From IMG/VR virus record IMGVR_UViG_3300042298_003052, positions 64,001 through 128,000 of that record: a DNA stretch of 64,000 nucleotides, one strand, 5' to 3'. A model generated the notes under the pieces. The model had not been told where the DNA came from and made no database searches. It saw nothing but the letters and a program-made list of their open reading frames with translations. The stretch is from a virus. This document shows positions 1 to 9,202 of this stretch, in pieces (the stretch's first letter is position 1; every line of letters starts with the position of its first letter). The position numbers and the translations under genes were made by a program.

Positions 1-1
1 A

Positions 2-3000
2 GATGTTACCTGCATGATAATCTCCGTGAGTAACTTTTTTTTCGTGTAGAGACTTGAGAAGTTTAGCTGCACCTTCTACATATTGAATGATAACTCCTTG
101 GGTAAGCTCACCTGATTTTTCAAGTTCTTTAACCATGCTCCCCATATCCTTACCTTTTAATACTTCTTGCACTAATCGGTTATTTCCTACGTCATATACT
201 TGAGGAGCTAATTCTGGGCCTACTGCTCTAAGAGCTTCGGCCTCAGGCTGCATCATTTTCTTAGTTAAGAGATTTAATGGATAGGGAGCATCCTTAAATT
301 GTTCATAATCAACCCATTCGGGAGCACCTATTTTATTCATCTTAAAACCCTTTTCACGGGCTTGATCAGTAAAAATGATTCCGTTTACACCTTCACCGAG
401 TACTTGGGCCTCGGCAGGGTTTAGATAACCGGATACAGCGGTTCCTCGTTTGTGTTGTTTGTTTAATTGAGCTAAATATTCCATCTGCTCAGGTTTAAAT
501 ATAGGTGATTTCTCAGGAAAGTCAGGAGCCACCCCAAAGACTGAGTAGAATTTTTCCACCATATCAATGAGATTATCTGGATCTATTTCGTTACCGTTCT
601 TCAATGATTGAATTAACGTGTCATATATCGATAAAAACGCTTCTACATCTTGCTTTGCTTGACCTGTTAGATTTTTCATTGATTTTCTCAGATCAGCTTT
701 TAATTCATCATAGTTATACTCTATGTCAGACTTTTCTTGAGAATCGCCATAAGTTTTTCTTAATCGTCCCTCGGGAGTAACAAAAGTGTATTTGCCTGCT
801 TTTTGTTCTTCGACAGCAGTGGGATCTCCAATCAAGACTCCTAATGTTCGTCGCATTGACTCTTGTAATCCTACTTGTTCTCCAGGACCGGAGTACATCA
901 GATTATAAGCACGAACATTAGAAATCGAACGTTGTGTAGCCTGCTTTGCCAAAATGGGATCTATAACTTCTGGAGAAACAATCCGTTGTCTTACCTCATT
1001 AGGCTTAGTACCGCCATCGTATATTTCTCTTAAGATATCAGAGTTAAGTTTATTAGCGATCGCTTTAATTGTACCAGTAGGTAAAACAAATACTTCTTCT
1101 ATACTGGCTAACTCTTTAGTGATAGTATCTTTGTATTCGTCTATACGAGCCTTTATTTCCGTTTCATCTAGACCTAGATCTTTACTTTCTTTTTTAATTT
1201 TTTGTTGTTCCTCTATTTGAGATTTATCTGAGTACCTGTCAGATAAATTAATCAGAAATTCTGCATCGGCTGTTTTAGCAAAAGTTTTAATGTTTTCTAG
1301 TGTGATTTGCGACTCCGTTTTTTCTAATCTTAAGAACTTAGCTACTTCTTCTTGAACTTTAGGATTTTGTATAAATTGTCCTAAACTGTGTCCTGCGCCA
1401 GCACCAGGGATTATGGTTGTTGCTTTACCTGGACGCATAATACCTGACAAATTTTTAATAGTCCCTTCAGGAAGACCATAATCAGTCTCCATCTTTTTCA
1501 TTTCTTTTTCAAGCATTTTTTGATGTTGTTCTGACAATTTACTCATGTCAGAATAACGTTCACCAAATGATGCCAAAAATATAGGATCCATGTCACCTAC
1601 AAAGGCTTTAAAATTTTGAAGAGATGCTGTATTGGTTAAACCGTAAGTTCCCATTGTTAACCCAACACCTTTAGTGTTTTTAGCACCTCCTCGTTCAGCT
1701 ATAGCAGTGGCTTCTTCAGCAGCAAATGTACCACCAGATGTTCCAGCAAAAACGAATTTTTTACCGGGGTATTTTTTCTCGTAAGCCCTTCGTGTAGCTT
1801 CGAGTTTGATAGCGTCAGGGTTATAACCCGCATCTACGGCCATAGAAATAAGTTTTTCAAATTGAGAAGCTTCGTCACTCATTAATTGTTTCTCTAGATC
1901 GCTTCCAGGTGTTACTTGTCCTAATGAACGTAGTAAATCTAATAAAATACTTTTAAATTGTCTAATGGTTTGACCGGATTGTTTGTCATTAGAAAACTTA
2001 TTAGGAACAGGAACGGTAGCAACCTGTTCACCTAATAACTCTTTAAGAAGTACATTCGCGAAATAGGTATTGTCCCCAGGTCTTTCGTAATCATTACCAG
2101 GGATACCACCAGCGATTAATGCAATTGTTTCTTTGTCGTTGATACCTTCAATATCTGGGACATCAATCACTTCAGCTAATTGTTTGGATAGCTCCATAGA
2201 TTGAGCCAGCATTACACGTTTTTGAATACGATACGGTTGGGCGATTGCTCTAACGCCCACACCTGCCACTCTTCTACCACCTTCTGCTACCTCTTCCCAC
2301 GGTGGACGGATGTATTCGTCAATTCTAGATTTGGCACGTTTAGGATCGTTGTAAACTCGAACATCTTCTCCTACACCTACTAACAAATCTTCAAAAGTTT
2401 TTATGTTTCTAACTAACTTTCTGGGATCAAGAAAACTATCTAGTTTGCGTCCCAAATATGCTATGTCATCGCCTACTTCCTTTAAACCTCCTCTGTACCC
2501 AAAAGCTTCGGCTGTTACCATGGCAAGTCCTTTTGTTCGATTATATCCATATCGACCAAAATTATATCCAACTGTTTCGGCATCTGATCCTGTTTTACCC
2601 TCTATATATTTTTGAGCGCCTTTTGCAAAATCGTATGAGAGTGTTTGTCCCATACCTTCCACTGCGCCAGTGATAAACGTTTCAAAAGCCCTAGCTGGTA
2701 AACCAACAATTTTATCGACTAAAGTTTCTTTACTACTTGTATGGATAATTTTTGACATCTTCATCGGCATGTCGTCTTGAGACTTAATGTTCTGTTTGAC
2801 TGACATCGACAAAGCTGATATAGAATTGGCTAAATTCTCATTTGCTATTGTTAGACCTTTATTTTGTAGATGCAATTCTTGTAAAGAATTGTCCAACCGT
2901 AATAAAGATCTGCTTGGTAAGTAAGAATCTTCGTATGAGATTTCAGACGAAGACGTTTCTGTAGTGATTTTTACTTTCTTATCTGTTATACCATCGAATT

Positions 3001-3307
3001 GGTTTTTGAAATTACTCAATTCTTCTACATTAGTTTTTGGTGTTAACGGATTATCACCAAAATATTTGTTAACTTCTTTAAGGTGTTCACGCTTTCTCTC
3101 AATATGTTTATTTAATTTGGCTAAAGGTTCATGATCTACTGTTGGTTTTAATGTTTCTAGTTTAGTTTTACTTGTTATTCCTTTAATATTTCCTTCTATA
3201 TCCTTACCAGCTCGACTCGCAAGTTTTTGAATATCGGCAAGCTGTTTTGTAAACTTGGTATCGTCAAGTCCTAACTCTAAAATTAAACTCCCAAGAGTTG
3301 TTGCCAT
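2..3307 (-). CDS. Tail tape measure protein (partial, >=1102 aa, runs off window) with embedded alpha/beta-hydrolase and kinase-like domains
   Basis: Not in ORF track; read by hand, open from ATG 3307 to the edge. N-terminus MATTLGSLILELGLDDTKFTKQLADIQK is TMP-like; lies downstream of tail chaperone genes; motifs GTSGG, GDMDP, PGAGAGH, LGEGVNG, HGDYHAGNI. Confidence 0.85.
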   Translation of the reverse strand, partial: MATTLGSLILELGLDDTKFTKQLADIQKLASRAGKDIEGNIKGITSKTKLETLKPTVDHEPLAKLNKHIERKREHLKEVNKYFGDNPLTPKTNVEELSNFKNQFDGITDKKVKITTETSSSEISYEDSYLPSRSLLRLDNSLQELHLQNKGLTIANENLANSISALSMSVKQNIKSQDDMPMKMSKIIHTSSKETLVDKIVGLPARAFETFITGAVEGMGQTLSYDFAKGAQKYIEGKTGSDAETVGYNFGRYGYNRTKGLAMVTAEAFGYRGGLKEVGDDIAYLGRKLDSFLDPRKLVRNIKTFEDLLVGVGEDVRVYNDPKRAKSRIDEYIRPPWEEVAEGGRRVAGVGVRAIAQPYRIQKRVMLAQSMELSKQLAEVIDVPDIEGINDKETIALIAGGIPGNDYERPGDNTYFANVLLKELLGEQVATVPVPNKFSNDKQSGQTIRQFKSILLDLLRSLGQVTPGSDLEKQLMSDEASQFEKLISMAVDAGYNPDAIKLEATRRAYEKKYPGKKFVFAGTSGGTFAAEEATAIAERGGAKNTKGVGLTMGTYGLTNTASLQNFKAFVGDMDPIFLASFGERYSDMSKLSEQHQKMLEKEMKKMETDYGLPEGTIKNLSGIMRPGKATTIIPGAGAGHSLGQFIQNPKVQEEVAKFLRLEKTESQITLENIKTFAKTADAEFLINLSDRYSDKSQIEEQQKIKKESKDLGLDETEIKARIDEYKDTITKELASIEEVFVLPTGTIKAIANKLNSDILREIYDGGTKPNEVRQRIVSPEVIDPILAKQATQRSISNVRAYNLMYSGPGEQVGLQESMRRTLGVLIGDPTAVEEQKAGKYTFVTPEGRLRKTYGDSQEKSDIEYNYDELKADLRKSMKNLTGQAKQDVEAFLSIYDTLIQSLKNGNEIDPDNLIDMVEKFYSVFGVAPDFPEKSPIFKPEQMEYLAQLNKQHKRGTAVSGYLNPAEAQVLGEGVNGIIFTDQAREKGFKMNKIGAPEWVDYEQFKDAPYPLNLLTKKMMQPEAEALRAVGPELAPQVYDVGNNRLVQEVLKGKDMGSMVKELEKSGELTQGVIIQYVEGAAKLLKSLHEKKVTHGDYHAGNI

Positions 3308-3331
3308 TATAAAAAATGATATGTGTAACGA

Positions 3332-3373
3332 TAAAGTGTTTGGTTCAATTAATCACACGAACCAAACACTTTA
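3332..3373. terminator. Intergenic hairpin (14-bp arms) upstream of TMP
   Basis: taaagtgtttggtt ... aaccaaacacttta. Confidence 0.4.
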
Positions 3374-3413
3374 TTAGCTCTAAAGATCCGTGGTGAATCT
3401 ATCGTATGCTGTC

Positions 3414-3806
3414 TTATTGAGGTTTGACTTCAGGAACGACTTTAGGTTGTGGTTTTTTGACTTCTTTTCTCTTAAGGATAGAAGTAAAGTCTTCTCCAGC
3501 TAAAGCAGCTTTCACCGTTACAACGCACTTACCGCCTTCTATTGATGTCGTAACAGATTCGACACCCTCCAAGGTTACACCAGCGTGTTTAACGATGTCG
3601 CCTTCTTCATCATGAGAAAGAACAAAACGGCTATAAGGATTATAAACTTCTGATCCCAGTTCCGCTTTGAAAACGACATAAGGAACGCCGTCAACGTCTT
3701 CTTTTTCAACACTTGTTACATTATCAAGTACAGATTCTCCGTGACGAATCTGTTTACCGTCATCAGTATGGACAAGTTCAAATTTGCTTTGTAACAGATC
3801 AGCCAT
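3414..3806 (-). CDS. Hypothetical protein with tandemly duplicated ~45-aa beta domain
   Basis: Start MADLLQSK at 3806 has GAGGT RBS; FELVHTDDG..VFKAELG and FVLSHDEEG..TVKAALAG repeats. Confidence 0.7.
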   Translation of the reverse strand: MADLLQSKFELVHTDDGKQIRHGESVLDNVTSVEKEDVDGVPYVVFKAELGSEVYNPYSRFVLSHDEEGDIVKHAGVTLEGVESVTTSIEGGKCVVTVKAALAGEDFTSILKRKEVKKPQPKVVPEVKPQ

Positions 3807-4218
3807 CTTTGATATACCTCTCGCGTATCTCAGGAATAGTTTGTAGGAAAGCGGCAACAGCAGGAGGTATTCGCTTATCCTTAAGCAACCGATAGACAAT
3901 AGATCTCGTCTTACTACTAAATACAGTCTTCTCCGTGCCTTGTTTCATAAGATCAGGAAAAGGCACGATGTCTTCTGGCTTTATTTGTTTAGAGTCCTTA
4001 CCTGCAAAACCATTAAACAGACCAGACCAACCGATCGCATGAGTTATGGATTTTACATTGATGTCTTGTCTATACGCCTCCTCATAGAATTTAAGCGTCT
4101 CAAATATCAACGCTGGATTCTCATCACCAAAATGTTCGTAATCTAGACGGGGGTCGGTACAACCGAGATATTGGAGTCTGAGATATATGTCTCCCCACTC
4201 AATAATAGCGATTCCCCC
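3799..4218 (-). CDS. Tail assembly chaperone C-terminal extension (gpT-like), reached by -1 frameshift
   Basis: -1 frame is open from slippery GGGGGAA (4218-4212) through ORF 3799..4110. Confidence 0.8.
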   Translation of the reverse strand, partial: GGIAIIEWGDIYLRLQYLGCTDPRLDYEHFGDENPALIFETLKFYEEAYRQDINVKSITHAIGWSGLFNGFAGKDSKQIKPEDIVPFPDLMKQGTEKTVFSSKTRSIVYRLLKDKRIPPAVAAFLQTIPEIRERYIKDG

Positions 4219-5003
4219 ATTTCTTCTACAATCTCCTCATTTCCTTCAGGAAGAGCATTTTCATTAACCGCTTCCCCTGCCTCTACTTGATAGAACTGAT
4301 AAAGTTGAGCGATAAGCTCTTCTCCAATAAGTTCAGAAGTGTCATCAGTAGTCCAATCAGAAAAACCTACCTTGATCTGAGAAGTATCGCGATCGCACAG
4401 ATAACCCACGCTCTTTACAGTCAATGGAATAGGCAGATCCTCAACCATCAACGTTTCAGAACCATAATTAGCATAGTCTCGTACTTTGACAATATAATCG
4501 TCGAATCGTACTAGATCTCCTGATCCAATAGGATTTGTCAAAGGTTCTACAGACAGCTTACGTGATCCTGCTTCAGCGTTCTTAGTCAAGATGACAGGAA
4601 TAGCCGCTCTATATTTCAACATATAGGTAGCGGCCCTGATAGATAGGGTACGAGTGTCTTCTTGAAGTCGGAACATTACCTCTAGAGTTTCATCGTCCAG
4701 AGCGTCCATAAAGGTTTCACCTGTATCGATCTGAACGTCGCCTTGTTCACCACCTTGTAGGCTTTCTAGATATTTACGAGTCTCTGCGATCGACTCATTA
4801 CGTTCTTTTGCTAGTTCTTTGACTCTCGCATTATAGGCCACAAAAAACTTGCGGCGATTTCGTTCAAGTGTTTGGTAATCAACAGGGCTCTCCGACGGAG
4901 AAATATAACCTCGCTTTAATAGAAACACGGTACCTGTTAGTTCATTGCCGACAGGAACCATAACAATTTTTGGTTTCTTTGCAAGAAACGGAATTACTTT
5001 CAT
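4143..5003 (-). CDS. Tail assembly chaperone (gpG-like)
   Basis: Between major tail and TMP; acidic C-terminus followed by ATG GGG GAA slippery site. Confidence 0.75.
   Translation of the reverse strand: MKVIPFLAKKPKIVMVPVGNELTGTVFLLKRGYISPSESPVDYQTLERNRRKFFVAYNARVKELAKERNESIAETRKYLESLQGGEQGDVQIDTGETFMDALDDETLEVMFRLQEDTRTLSIRAATYMLKYRAAIPVILTKNAEAGSRKLSVEPLTNPIGSGDLVRFDDYIVKVRDYANYGSETLMVEDLPIPLTVKSVGYLCDRDTSQIKVGFSDWTTDDTSELIGEELIAQLYQFYQVEAGEAVNENALPEGNEEIVEEMGESLLLSGETYISDSNISVVPTPV
4212..4218 (-). other. Programmed -1 ribosomal frameshift site GGGGGAA
   Basis: Same heptamer as the mycobacteriophage L5 G/GT shift; joins two overlapping frames. Confidence 0.8.
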
Positions 5004-5079
5004 TGGGAAAAATTAGAAACTTTATAGACAATAATATATTGCTCTTTTACTGTAAATAATAAAAATAGCGAAACACAGG

Positions 5080-5334
5080 TTAAACAACTTGGATGATCGC
5101 ACGTTTAGCAAAGTTTAATCCGTCATGATCTCCCATAGCGATCATAATAGACTCGTTAACCGCTTCTTGCGGAACCTCTATAGTGATAACTTCTTTTCCT
5201 TCTCCAGTTCTTAGTGGTACTATTGGTGGTGTATTCGCCGCATAGTAACCAAAGCCGTAATAAACACCTTCATCTGCTATACGACAATTAATAAGACATA
5301 TCGCAGTTCCCGAATATAAAATATCGTATTCCAT
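5080..5334 (-). CDS. Hypothetical tail-region protein
   Basis: ORF track; co-oriented in tail operon. Confidence 0.6.
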   Translation of the reverse strand: MEYDILYSGTAICLINCRIADEGVYYGFGYYAANTPPIVPLRTGEGKEVITIEVPQEAVNESIMIAMGDHDGLNFAKRAIIQVV

Positions 5335-5402
5335 CTCAGCGCATTAAAAACGTCCTCCACCAGTATAAACCAGTGAAGGACGTTCTGTATATAACCTAAC
5401 GC

Positions 5403-6359
5403 TTACGCGCCCAGAGGAGGCGTATAGACGTTAGACAGAGGATCGAACGCGCCAGTAGGTGCAGTATACTTGAAGGAGGAACCTTGGAACTGAAGGTCAG
5501 CCTGCACTGTAATAAGGTCTTGTACAGGTGAACTTTGATTACCAGAGGTCAAAATGGCAGCTCCAGCAAATTCTTCACCAAAGGGGCGTCTGAGGGTAGC
5601 GTAAATTTCAGAACCAAAGAAGCGATCGTCGTAAAGAATCTTCATGAGAAGATCAGCACCGGGATCGCCAATAATTCTTTGGAAAGTGAATGACATGGTT
5701 CTGTTACTACCTGTAGTAACCATTTCCATACCACTACCACTGAGGAAGTTGGCTGCGTCAACAGTCTTGGGCTGAGAAGACGGAGAAGCGTCAGTGGCAC
5801 CAGCGATGTAAACGGTAGCTGTAGTTTTAGCTGTATGGTTTTCAACAGCTAAAACAGTAGTAGGTTGAACTTGTAGACGTGTAGCGCCAGCAGGAGCAAA
5901 ATCGCTTACCGTTACACTATACGCACCATTGTTAAATGTCAGTTTCTCACCAGGATAGATATTGGTGGGAAGGGTCGTAACAGGTAACACTTCACTACCG
6001 ACAGTCAGCACAGAGGCGTCTACAGTACCAGCAGTGGAAGCAGGAATAGCTGCTGACAACGGGTACAAAAGAGTTACCGCTGTAGCACCAGTCACCGCTG
6101 TGCTAGTACGAGCTTCAACACCGTTTGCAAAACGAATCTTGGAAAAAGCAGGAATAGTGGCAGTAGCAGCAAGTGTCAACGAAGTGGCACCTTTAGCTGT
6201 AGGAGCTGCCGAAGTGGTAACGTTGATCGCAGCAGTAGCCGCTCCTACAGTAACAGTATATTCCGTAGGTACCCGAGTACCTTTAGGAAGAAGCACAAAC
6301 CGAAGTTCTGTAAATACGCTAGTGCCTCGTTCGCTAGCGTAGTTGATAATTTGTCCCAT
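5403..6359 (-). CDS. Major tail (tube) protein with inserted beta-rich domains
   Basis: Ala/Thr-rich; C-terminus GEEFAGAAILTSGNQSSPVQDLITVQADLQFQG is tail-tube-like; position. Confidence 0.8.
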   Translation of the reverse strand: MGQIINYASERGTSVFTELRFVLLPKGTRVPTEYTVTVGAATAAINVTTSAAPTAKGATSLTLAATATIPAFSKIRFANGVEARTSTAVTGATAVTLLYPLSAAIPASTAGTVDASVLTVGSEVLPVTTLPTNIYPGEKLTFNNGAYSVTVSDFAPAGATRLQVQPTTVLAVENHTAKTTATVYIAGATDASPSSQPKTVDAANFLSGSGMEMVTTGSNRTMSFTFQRIIGDPGADLLMKILYDDRFFGSEIYATLRRPFGEEFAGAAILTSGNQSSPVQDLITVQADLQFQGSSFKYTAPTGAFDPLSNVYTPPLGA

Positions 6360-6372
6360 GTAGAGTTTCCTC

Positions 6373-6798
6373 CTAAACAGTGATTAAGTTAACGACTTTG
6401 ACAGCTTCCAACAGAAAAGTCCGTTGTGGAAATTGATCCTCAGTTACTTCCACGGCTCTTTCCCGATGAAGGGGGAAACGCCTACGGATTTTGTCGATCG
6501 CACTATCCCATTTGGCTAATCCTGAAGAGGAATAGTCATTATTGATAAGTGTTACTCGCCAATACATGCGCTGGATAGCCTGAGGTACACCAACGCAAGG
6601 TTTTTGTGGTTGTAGAACATCTTGATTACGCGCAACCACAATCTTTACACCGGAAAAAGTGCGTTTGGAAGGAATGAAGGGAGGTTCCACCCAAAACGCT
6701 TTTGTTCCGTCATCAAATGTTCCAAGTTCGTTATTCAACAAAGATCTTAGATCTGTTACTAACGCTGATATATCGTTAGGAGTTTTTATCGCGTTCAT
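6373..6798 (-). CDS. Putative tail terminator/completion protein
   Basis: Size and synteny immediately upstream of major tail gene. Confidence 0.55.
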   Translation of the reverse strand: MNAIKTPNDISALVTDLRSLLNNELGTFDDGTKAFWVEPPFIPSKRTFSGVKIVVARNQDVLQPQKPCVGVPQAIQRMYWRVTLINNDYSSSGLAKWDSAIDKIRRRFPLHRERAVEVTEDQFPQRTFLLEAVKVVNLITV

Positions 6799-7181
6799 AA
6801 CGTTTCCTCCAGTTTTACAGATTGAGAATCATAAAGATTACCCAAATCGTAAATATTCCGAGGTGACGTTACAACGTCTCCTGATCTACGTTTGGTCACT
6901 CTAGGCCAATCGTAAACAGGATTTTCTAATTCATAAAGACTTTGTTCACTAACCATGTCGGTTAGATGTAAAAATGCTTTATTCAGATCTTCGCCTTCTC
7001 TATATCCATCAGAAAACTCTTGTTCAAGATCTAATTGAGCGATCGCGTTGTCTACCCAAGGTCTTGCTGGGTAATTGTCGCCAGCACCTTCATGAACCTG
7101 AGCGGCGTACTCTGTATCCCAAGTAAAAATAGCTTTACGATATTCTAGTGTTGGAGGATTCCAATTCTCTAATCGAACCAT
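6795..7181 (-). CDS. Putative neck/tail completion protein (HK97 gp10-like)
   Basis: Start MVRLENW with GGAGGAGG RBS; YAAQVHEG..PARPW and DLGNLYDS motifs. Confidence 0.65.
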   Translation of the reverse strand: MVRLENWNPPTLEYRKAIFTWDTEYAAQVHEGAGDNYPARPWVDNAIAQLDLEQEFSDGYREGEDLNKAFLHLTDMVSEQSLYELENPVYDWPRVTKRRSGDVVTSPRNIYDLGNLYDSQSVKLEETL

Positions 7182-7182
7182 G

Positions 7183-7596
7183 TTAACCTCCTCCTGTAGT
7201 CTGAAAATAAGCATCGAAGGGAATACCAACAGAAGGTACAATGTTATAAGACATCGCCGTTAATCTTTCAGTGAAAAACAATGTACCTTCCTCGGGCCTA
7301 CCACTACTACTCACTATAACTTTGACGCGATCGCTGCTTCTAAGATCCTCAGGTAGAGATTTAACAAGGATATATCCTCTAACTCTACGTTCCATATTGT
7401 CTAGACCGGGACTCTCATTCTGGAAGGTTTCATAACCTAATTCAACGATCGCGGCTTTAAGCTGAATCTCTTCAAAGATCTGTACTTCATTAAGCGTCAC
7501 AGGATCAATTTGATGTTGACCTGTAGGCACTTGAAAGAATAACGTTGCGTTAGGAACGAGAGGAATTACTGGAGGTGTAATAGGAAGTATAGTCAT
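7183..7596 (-). CDS. Putative head-closure protein
   Basis: Synteny after adaptor; beta-rich 137 aa. Confidence 0.5.
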   Translation of the reverse strand: MTILPITPPVIPLVPNATLFFQVPTGQHQIDPVTLNEVQIFEEIQLKAAIVELGYETFQNESPGLDNMERRVRGYILVKSLPEDLRSSDRVKVIVSSSGRPEEGTLFFTERLTAMSYNIVPSVGIPFDAYFQTTGGG

Positions 7597-8333
7597 GACA
7601 CAAACTCCCTAGGACGATAACGTTTTAGTACCATCAAAACGTCTTGTAGTAACGTACTATCAGTACTACTGGTATTTACATTGGTAGCTTCACTACCATA
7701 AATAACGGAATAAAAATTGTTAAGTGTATATTGTTTCATACCAGAAGCCATGGGACTTCTTTGTAGTTTAAGTATGGATATAAGAGCGATCTTTATCTCT
7801 TGCGCCCTTGGATCTATGGGAACAGCTTTGAAATCAAACCCTGTGGTATATTCGACCTTCATTTCAGACTTTTCGTGAGCTTGTGTGGGGCGTCTAAATG
7901 GTCTACCACTATATCGAGCCCTAGCTGCACTACCTAATCCCCAAGACTCAGTAGTAAGACCCGCAAGATTAGCACTTAAGATTCTTACTTCTCCTAGTTG
8001 ATAATCAAATTCATAATCAGTAGAAGGATTAAGTGTTATCCATTGATTGTCAGATAGAGGTAATCCAAAAGAGGCTAATAAGCGTCTACCTCGAATGGAT
8101 ACAACAGGAGCCTTTTGAACAGTATTATTAATAGGCAATCTAGATAGTTTAATAATACCTTTGCCGTTTAATATAGGTGTTTCAACAAATCGTTGCTCTT
8201 CTAAAGGACGATTAGCGCCCATAGGTGATTCAGCGATCATTTGCGCTGTCAATATGGCACTGTTAATAGCGCCTGAGTCTATTTCCAACTCAGGCGCTAA
8301 CTTAACAAGGTCAGTAGGCGTTAATATTGCCAA
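7593..8333 (-). CDS. Head-tail adaptor protein
   Basis: KVEYTTGF and LKRYR C-terminal motifs typical of gp6/gp15-type adaptors; synteny. Confidence 0.7.
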   Translation of the reverse strand: MAILTPTDLVKLAPELEIDSGAINSAILTAQMIAESPMGANRPLEEQRFVETPILNGKGIIKLSRLPINNTVQKAPVVSIRGRRLLASFGLPLSDNQWITLNPSTDYEFDYQLGEVRILSANLAGLTTESWGLGSAARARYSGRPFRRPTQAHEKSEMKVEYTTGFDFKAVPIDPRAQEIKIALISILKLQRSPMASGMKQYTLNNFYSVIYGSEATNVNTSSTDSTLLQDVLMVLKRYRPREFVS

Positions 8334-8336
8334 CTG

Positions 8337-8819
8337 TTAACCTTCCATGCTGTAGGTTACAGGTCTTACGCCATCAAAGGGACCGACATAGAACAGAACG
8401 ATCGCTAGTTTACCAGCGGTAAGAGCTGCTCCACTGATGGTCACTTTCAATTGGCGATCAGCGGTAAGTACCAAAGGACGGTTGTTAGAAACACCTGAGT
8501 TATGACCATCACCACTGATATTAGCAGTAGTAGAAGGAATCAAGTTCAGTACAGCGTCATCAGTAAAAGAGGCTACACCAGTTGCAGCAAGAAGATCAGT
8601 GTTGGTGTTAAGGCCGACAGCAATAGAGGCCCCAGAACCCACACAAGGGGTGTCAACATAGACGAAACCGCTAGTGATGATAGACTTGGATTCAAGTTCT
8701 AGAGGTAGTGTGATAGTTGCTTGAGCACCACCATGGACGGCGAAATCGTAGAAGTCTACAGCCTTACCACTAAGGTTGTCACGTACAACACGATTATGAA
8801 CGTATGATCTTTTAGGCAT
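8337..8819 (-). CDS. Putative capsid decoration/cement protein
   Basis: Start MPKRSY overlaps upstream stop (TAATG); beta-rich, GAALTAGKLAIVLFY C-terminus. Confidence 0.55.
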   Translation of the reverse strand: MPKRSYVHNRVVRDNLSGKAVDFYDFAVHGGAQATITLPLELESKSIITSGFVYVDTPCVGSGASIAVGLNTNTDLLAATGVASFTDDAVLNLIPSTTANISGDGHNSGVSNNRPLVLTADRQLKVTISGAALTAGKLAIVLFYVGPFDGVRPVTYSMEG

Positions 8820-9190
8820 TAGGAAACTCCGAGACGAGGACAATTAGGAACAGATGTAGGACAGATGGGATCTGAACTTTCCAAAGCTGTACGCATAGGA
8901 TAGTTACAAACGGGACAAATTCTTATCCCATCCACCTTAATGTAATCGAAGTTGACTTCAGCAGCTTCTTCAGAAACAATAGCGATCGCTTCAGTTTGTA
9001 CCGACTGTTCGATCTGAACATCTTCCACTTGGGGAGGATATTTCAGTTCCACAATCTCATCGATGACTTCAATCCATTTCTGGTCGTCAGCCTTATCAAA
9101 ATTGACAGTTTCTGCTTCAGATTGGATAATTCGCCATCCTTGTGTAATTAACCAAGCTTTGTAATCGTCTTTAGAAAGCTGCTGAGTCAT
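8819..9190 (-). CDS. Hypothetical protein with C-terminal Cys cluster
   Basis: CPVC..CP..CP; directly after capsid gene. Confidence 0.6.
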   Translation of the reverse strand: MTQQLSKDDYKAWLITQGWRIIQSEAETVNFDKADDQKWIEVIDEIVELKYPPQVEDVQIEQSVQTEAIAIVSEEAAEVNFDYIKVDGIRICPVCNYPMRTALESSDPICPTSVPNCPRLGVS

Positions 9191-9202
9191 TTAGTTCACC
9201 AA

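Noticed and set aside
954-2673. Plus-strand ORFs 954..1220, 2201..2383, 2403..2615, 2458..2673
   Set aside because: Antisense shadows of the long minus-strand TMP ORF; no RBS or protein-like motifs.
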